Notes under the pieces: generated by a model
Database searches by the model: none
What the model saw: the letters and a program-made list of their open reading frames with translations, nothing else
What the model was told of the DNA's origin: nothing
Source: Bugula neritina
Lineage: Eukaryota > Animalia > Bryozoa
Length of the DNA: 64,000 bases
Direction: 5' to 3'
Assembly: GCA_964035545.1 (NCBI GenBank)
Contig: OZ037766.1
Location: 33,511,672-33,575,671, forward strand
Part shown: positions 58,671-64,000 of the stretch, piece by piece
Layout: each line of letters starts with the position of its first letter
Numbering within the stretch: the first letter of the stretch is position 1
Position numbers and translations under genes: made by a program

Positions 58671-59130
58671 ATAATCCATGAACTGTGAATAGCCGCTGTC
58701 CATTAGTTGAACAAGTATGGAAAATGACAACATACTGAAGAGGGTGCGAGCTGTAGATTAATAGTGTATAATATTAAGATGATTCATTGATCAGCAATGG
58801 AAGAGAGTGGGTGAAGCATTAAGTTTAAAAAGCATAGCCCTAAAAAGCATTAAGTATTAAAGAAACCATGAGGCCAATATACTTTGAAATATAACAAGTT
58901 TCATTCAATTTAGGATGAGGATAACTCTAACATGCTGAAGAGTGACTGTAAGATATGATAGAAAAGTGAAGTTGTATACAAAACCACCAAATGGGAGGTT
59001 ATGTAAGTTGTATGTTGACTTTGATTAATGCAATCTGCTAAATTAACTCCTCATCAAATCAGTCCAGCATTATGTATCTGATCACGAGTTTGGCATACTG
59101 GCCATATGTAAGCTTGCAGTTGCAGTTGCT

Positions 59131-62100
59131 GGGGTTTAGGGTTTGGGGTTTGGGGTTTGGGGTTTGGGGTTTGGGGTTTGGGGTTTGGGGTTTGGGGTTT
59201 GGGGTTTGGGGTTTGGGGTTTGGGGTTTGGGGTTTGGGGTTTGGGGTTTGGGGTTTGGGGTTTGGGGTTTGGGGTTTGGGGTTTGGGGTTTGGGGTTTGG
59301 GGTTTGGGGTTTGGGGTTTGGGGTTTGGGGTTTGGGGTTTGGGGTTTGGGGTTTGGGGTTTGGGGTTTGGGGTTTGGGGTTTGGGGTTTGGGGTTTGGGG
59401 TTTGGGGTTTGGGGTTTGGGGTTTGGGGTTTGGGGTTTGGGGTTTGGGGTTTGGGGTTTGGGGTTTGGGGTTTGGGGTTTGGGGTTTGGGGTTTGGGGTT
59501 TGGGGTTTGGGGTTTGGGGTTTGGGGTTTGGGGTTTGGGGTTTGGGGTTTGGGGTTTGGGGTTTGGGGTTTGGGGTTTGGGGTTTGGGGTTTGGGGTTTG
59601 GGGTTTGGGGTTTGGGGTTTGGGGTTTGGGGTTTGGGGTTTGGGGTTCGGGGTTCGGGGTTCGGGGTTCGGGGTTTGGGGTTTGGGGTTTGGGGTTTGGG
59701 GTTTGGGGTTTGGGGTTTGGGGTTTGGGGTTTGGGGTTTGGGGTTTGGGGTTTGGGGTTTGGGGTTTGGGGTTTGGGGTTTGGGGTTTGGGGTTTGGGGT
59801 TTGGGGTTTGGGGTTTGGGGTTTGGGGTTTGGGGTTTGGGGTTTGGGGTTTGGGGTTTGGGGTTTGGGGTTTGGGGTTTGGGGTTTGGGGTTTGGGGTTT
59901 GGGGTTTGGGGTTTGGGGTTTGGGGTTTGGGGTTTGGGGTTTGGGGTTTGGGGTTTGGGGTTTGGGGTTTGGGGTTTGGGGTTTGGGGTTTGGGGTTTGG
60001 GGTTTGGGGTTTGGGGTTTGGGGTTTGGGGTTTGGGGTTTGGGGTTTGGGGTTTGGGGTTTGGGGTTTGGGGTTTGGGGTTTGGGGTTTGGGGTTTGGGG
60101 TTTGGGGTTTGGGGTTTGGGGTTTGGGGTTTGGGGTTTGGGGTTTGGGGTTTGGGGTTTGGGTTTGGGGTTTGGGGTTTGGGGTTTGGGGTTTGGGGTTT
60201 GGGGTTTGGGGTTTGGGGTTTGGGGTTTGGGGTTTGGGGTTTGGGGTTTGGGGTTTGGGGTTTGGGGTTTGGGGTTTGGGGTTTGGGGTTTGGGGTTTGG
60301 GGTTTGGGGTTTGGGGTTTGGGGTTTGGGGTTTGGGGTTTGGGGTTTGGGGTTTGGGGTTTGGGGTTTGGGGTTTGGGGTTTGGGGTTTGGGGTTTGGGG
60401 TTTGGGGTTTGGGGTTTGGGGTTTGGGGTTTGGGGTTTGGGGTTTGGGGTTTGGGGTTTGGGGTTTGGGGTTTGGGGTTTGGGGTTTGGGGTTTGGGGTT
60501 TGGGGTTTGGGGTTTGGGGTTTGGGGTTTGGGGTTTGGGGTTTGGGGTTTGGGGTTTGGGGTTTGGGGTTTGGGGTTTGGGGTTTGGGGTTTGGGGTTTG
60601 GGGTTTGGGGTTTGGGGTTTGGGGTTTGGGGTTTGGGGTTTGGGGTTTGGGGTTTGGGGTTTGGGGTTTGGGGTTTGGGGTTTGGGGTTTGGGGTTTGGG
60701 GTTTGGGGTTTGGGGTTTGGGGTTTGGGGTTTGGGGTTTGGGGTTTGGGGTTTGGGGTTTGGGGTTTGGGGTATGGGGTTTGGGGTTTGGGGTTTGGGGT
60801 TTGGGGTTTGGGGTTTGGGGTTTGGGGTTTGGGGTTTGGGGTTTGGGGTTTGGGGTTTGGGGTTTGGGGTTTGGGGTTTGGGGTTTGGGGTTTGGGGTTT
60901 GGGGTTTGGGGTTGGGGTTTGGGGTTTGGGGTTTGGGGTTTGGGGTTTGGGGTTTGGGGTTTGGGGTTTGGGGTTTGGGGTTTGGGTTTGGGGTTTGGGG
61001 TTTGGGTTTGGGGTTTGGGGTTTGGGGTTTGGGGTTTGGGGTTTGGGGTTTGGGGTTTGGGGTTTGGGGTTTGGGGTTTGGGGTTTGGGGTTTGGGGTTT
61101 GGGGTTTGGGGTTTGGGGTTTGGGGTTTGGGTTTGGGGTTTGGGGTTTGGGGTTTGGGGTTTGGGGTTTGGGGTTTGGGTTTGGGGTTTGGGGTTTGGGT
61201 TTGGGGTTTGGGGTTTGGGGTTTGGGGTTTGGGGTTTTGGGGTTTGGGGTTTGGGTTTGGGGTTTGGGTTAGGGGTTTGGGGTTTGGGGTTTGGGGTTTG
61301 GGGTTTGGGGTTTGGGGTTTGGGGTTTGGGGTATGGGGTTTGGGGTTTGGGGTTTGGGTTTGGGGTTTGGGGATTGGGGTTAGGGTTTGGGGTTTGGGGT
61401 TTGGGGTTTGGGGTTTAGGGGTTTGGGGTTTGGGGTATTGGGGTTTGGGGTTTGGGGTTTGGGGTTTGGGATTGGGGTTTGGGGTTTGGGGTTTGGGGTT
61501 TGGGGTTTGGGGTTTGGGGTTTGGGGTTTGGGGTTTGGGGTTTGGGGTTTGGGTTTGGGGTTTGGGGTTTGGGGTTTGGGGTATGGGGTTTGGGGTTTGG
61601 GGTTTGGGGTTTGGGGTTTGGGTGTTTTGGTGTTTGGGTTTGGGGTTTGGGGTATTGGGGTATGGGGTTTGGGGTATTGGTGTATTGGGTTAAGGGGTTT
61701 GGTGTTTGGGGTTTGGGGTTTGGGGTTTGGGGTTTGGGTTTTGGGTTTGGGGTTTGTTGGGTTTGGGGTTTGGGGTTTGGGTTTGGGGTTTTGGGTATGG
61801 GTATAGGGGTTTGGGGTTTGGGGTTTGGGTTTTGGGGTTTGGGGTTTGGGGTTTGGGGTTTGGGGTTTGGGGTTTGGGGTTTGGGGTTTGGGGTTTGGGG
61901 TTTGGGTTATGGGGTTTGGGGTTTGGGGTTTGGTGGTTTGGGGTTTGGGGTTTGGGGTTTGGGGTTTGGGGTTTGGGGTTTGGGGTTTGGGGTTTGTGGT
62001 TTGGGGTTTGGTGGTTTGGGGTTTGGGGTTTGGGGTTTGGGGTTTGGGGTTAGGGGTTTGGGGTTTGGGGTTTGGGGTTTGGGGTTTGGGGTTTGGGTTT

Positions 62101-62940
62101 GGGGTTTGGGGTTTGGGGTTTGGGGTTTTGGGGTTTGGGGTTAGGGGTTTGGGGTTTGGGTTTGGGGTTTGGGGTTTGGGGTTTGGGGTTTGGGGTTTGG
62201 GGTTTGGGGTTTGGGGTTTGGGGTTTGGGGTTTGGGGTTTTGGGGTATGGGGTAGATTGGGTTTGGGGTTTGGGGTTTGGGGTTTGGGGTTTGGGGTTTG
62301 GGGTTTGGGGTTTGGGGTTTGGGGTTTGGTGGTTTTGGGTATGGGGTTTGGGTGTATTGGGTTTGGGTTATGGGTTTTGGGGTTTGTGGGTTAGGGGTTT
62401 GGGGTTTGGGGTTTGGTTTGGTTTAGGTGTTTGGTGGTTTGGGTTTGGGGTTTGGGTTGTTTTGGGGTTTGGGGTTTGGGGTTTGGGATTGGGTTTTGGT
62501 GTTTGGGTTTGGGATTTGGTGTTTTGTGGTTATGGATTGGTTTTGGGTTTGGGTATTGGTTGTTTTGGGTTATGGGTTTGGGTTTTGGGGTTTGATGGTT
62601 ATGGGGTTTGGGTTTGGGTATGGGGTTTTGGGGTTTGGGTGATTGGGTTTGGGGTTTGGGTTAGGGGTTTGGTGTATTTGGGATTGGGGTTTGTGGTTTT
62701 GGGTTTGGGTTTGGGGTTTTGGGGTTTGGTTTTGGTATTGGGTTTGGTGTTTGGGGTTTGGTGGGTATGGTGTTTGGGGTTTGGTGTTTGGTGTTATGGG
62801 TTTGTGTTTAGGGTTTATGATTGTTATGGGTTTGGGGTTTGGTGATTGGGTTTTGGGTTTTGGTGTTATGGTGGTTATGGTGGTTTTGTGGGTTATGGGT
62901 ATTTGGTGTTTGGGTTTGGTGTATTGGGTGTATTGTGGTT
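59131..62940 (+). repeat. Telomeric array (TTTGGGG)n; nearly pure to about 61200, degenerate beyond
   Basis: G-rich strand runs 5'->3' toward the sequence end. About 300 near-perfect units, with one TTTAGGG at the junction and four TTCGGGG at 59646-59673. Confidence 0.93.
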
Positions 62941-64000
62941 AAGGATTGTTGTTATGTAATTTTATGTTTAATTGTAATATTTTAAATTTGGTTTATGTTT
63001 AATTTTTTAGGTTAATTGTATATGATAATTTTATGTTATTTGTTTATTTTTTAAATTTTAAATTTTTATATTTTTATTTTAATTTTAATTTTAATTGTTA
63101 ATTTTAAATTTTAATGTTAATTTTAATATTTTAAATTTTAAATTTTAATTTAATTTTAAATTTTAAATTTTAAATTTTAAATGTTTATATTTTATAATTT
63201 TAAATTTTATTTTTTAAATTTTATATTTTAAATTTTAAATTTAAATTTTAATGTTTAATTTTAAATTTTAAATTTTAAATTTTAAATTTTAAATTTTAAA
63301 TTTTAAATTTATAATTTAATATTTTAAATTTAAATTTTAAATTTTAAATTTTAAATTTTAAATTTTAATTTTAAATTTAAATTTTAATTTTAAATTTTAA
63401 ATTTTAAATTTAAATTTTAATTTTAATTTTAAATTTTAAATTTTAATTTTAAATTTTAAATTTTAAATTTTAATTTTAATTTTAAATTTTAAATTTTAAT
63501 TTTAAATTTTAATTTAAATTTTAAATTTTAAATTTTATAATTTTAAATTTTAAATTTTAAATTTAAATTTTAAATTTTAAATTTTAAATTTTAAATTTAA
63601 ATTTTAAATTTAAATTTTAAATTTAAATTTTAAATTTTAAATTTTAAATTTTAAATTTTAAATTTTAAATTTAAATTTTAAATTTTAAATTTTAAATTTT
63701 AAATTTTAAATTTTAAATTTTAAATTTTAAATTTAAATTTTAATTTTAAATTTTAAATTTAAATTTTAAATTTTAAATTTTAAATTTTAAATTTTAAATT
63801 TTAAATTTTAAATTTTAAATTTTAAATTTTAAATTTTAAATTTTAAATTTAAATTTTAAATTTTAAATTTTAAATTTAATTTTAAATTTTAAATTTTAAA
63901 TTTTAAATTTAAATTTTAAATTTTAAATTTTAAATTTTAAATTTTAAATTTTAAATTTTAAATTTTAAATTTTAAATTTTAAATTTTAAATTTTAAATTT
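62941..64000. repeat. (TTTTAAA)n terminal array, probably a miscalled continuation of the telomere
   Basis: Same 7-bp period and 4+3 run structure as GGGGTTT, reached through a gradual G>T and T>A transition zone. Confidence 0.75.

Noticed and set aside
59072-62942. Long GFGVWGL-repeat ORFs (up to 873 aa)
   Set aside because: They are translations of the stop-free telomeric heptamer in all three frames, not genes.
59131-64000. Ciliate or plant origin suggested by the telomere motif
   Set aside because: The contiguous genes include an olfactomedin domain and multi-kb introns, and intact CDSs end in TAG under the standard code. This fits an animal.
62941-64000. Biological C-to-T deamination of the telomere
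   Set aside because: Deamination of the C-strand would give TTTAAAA on this strand via G>A, but the observed intermediates are G>T and T>A and the product is TTTTAAA.

Overview
This window is the distal 64 kb of a eukaryotic, almost certainly animal, chromosome. It is AT-rich, has spliceosomal introns, and carries olfactomedin and C2H2 zinc-finger genes. From left to right: (1) a 5'-truncated, intact 9-exon olfactomedin-domain gene (4470-21937) whose introns are almost entirely filled by unrelated minisatellites of up to 11.6 kb, several of them built from splice-site-like units; (2) a decayed pogo-like DNA transposon; (3) an intact 3-finger C2H2 gene; (4) a LINE RT fragment and a C2H2 pseudogene; (5) a decayed intron-containing PSMB7 pseudogene; (6) about 19 kb of mosaic subtelomeric duplications with decayed minus-strand exons and TIR elements; (7) a Harbinger-like MITE; (8) an abruptly starting non-canonical (TTTGGGG)n telomere that degrades distally into (TTTTAAA)n, probably a base-calling artefact. 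The most notable observations are the TTTGGGG telomere, hundreds of decoy splice sites inside introns (many with the AG in a predicted hairpin), and a motif-drifting 3/6-bp periodic tract downstream of each of the three CpG-rich promoter-like patches, on the side of inferred transcription. All gene models were built by hand from splice signals, phase and motifs, without transcript data or database searches.
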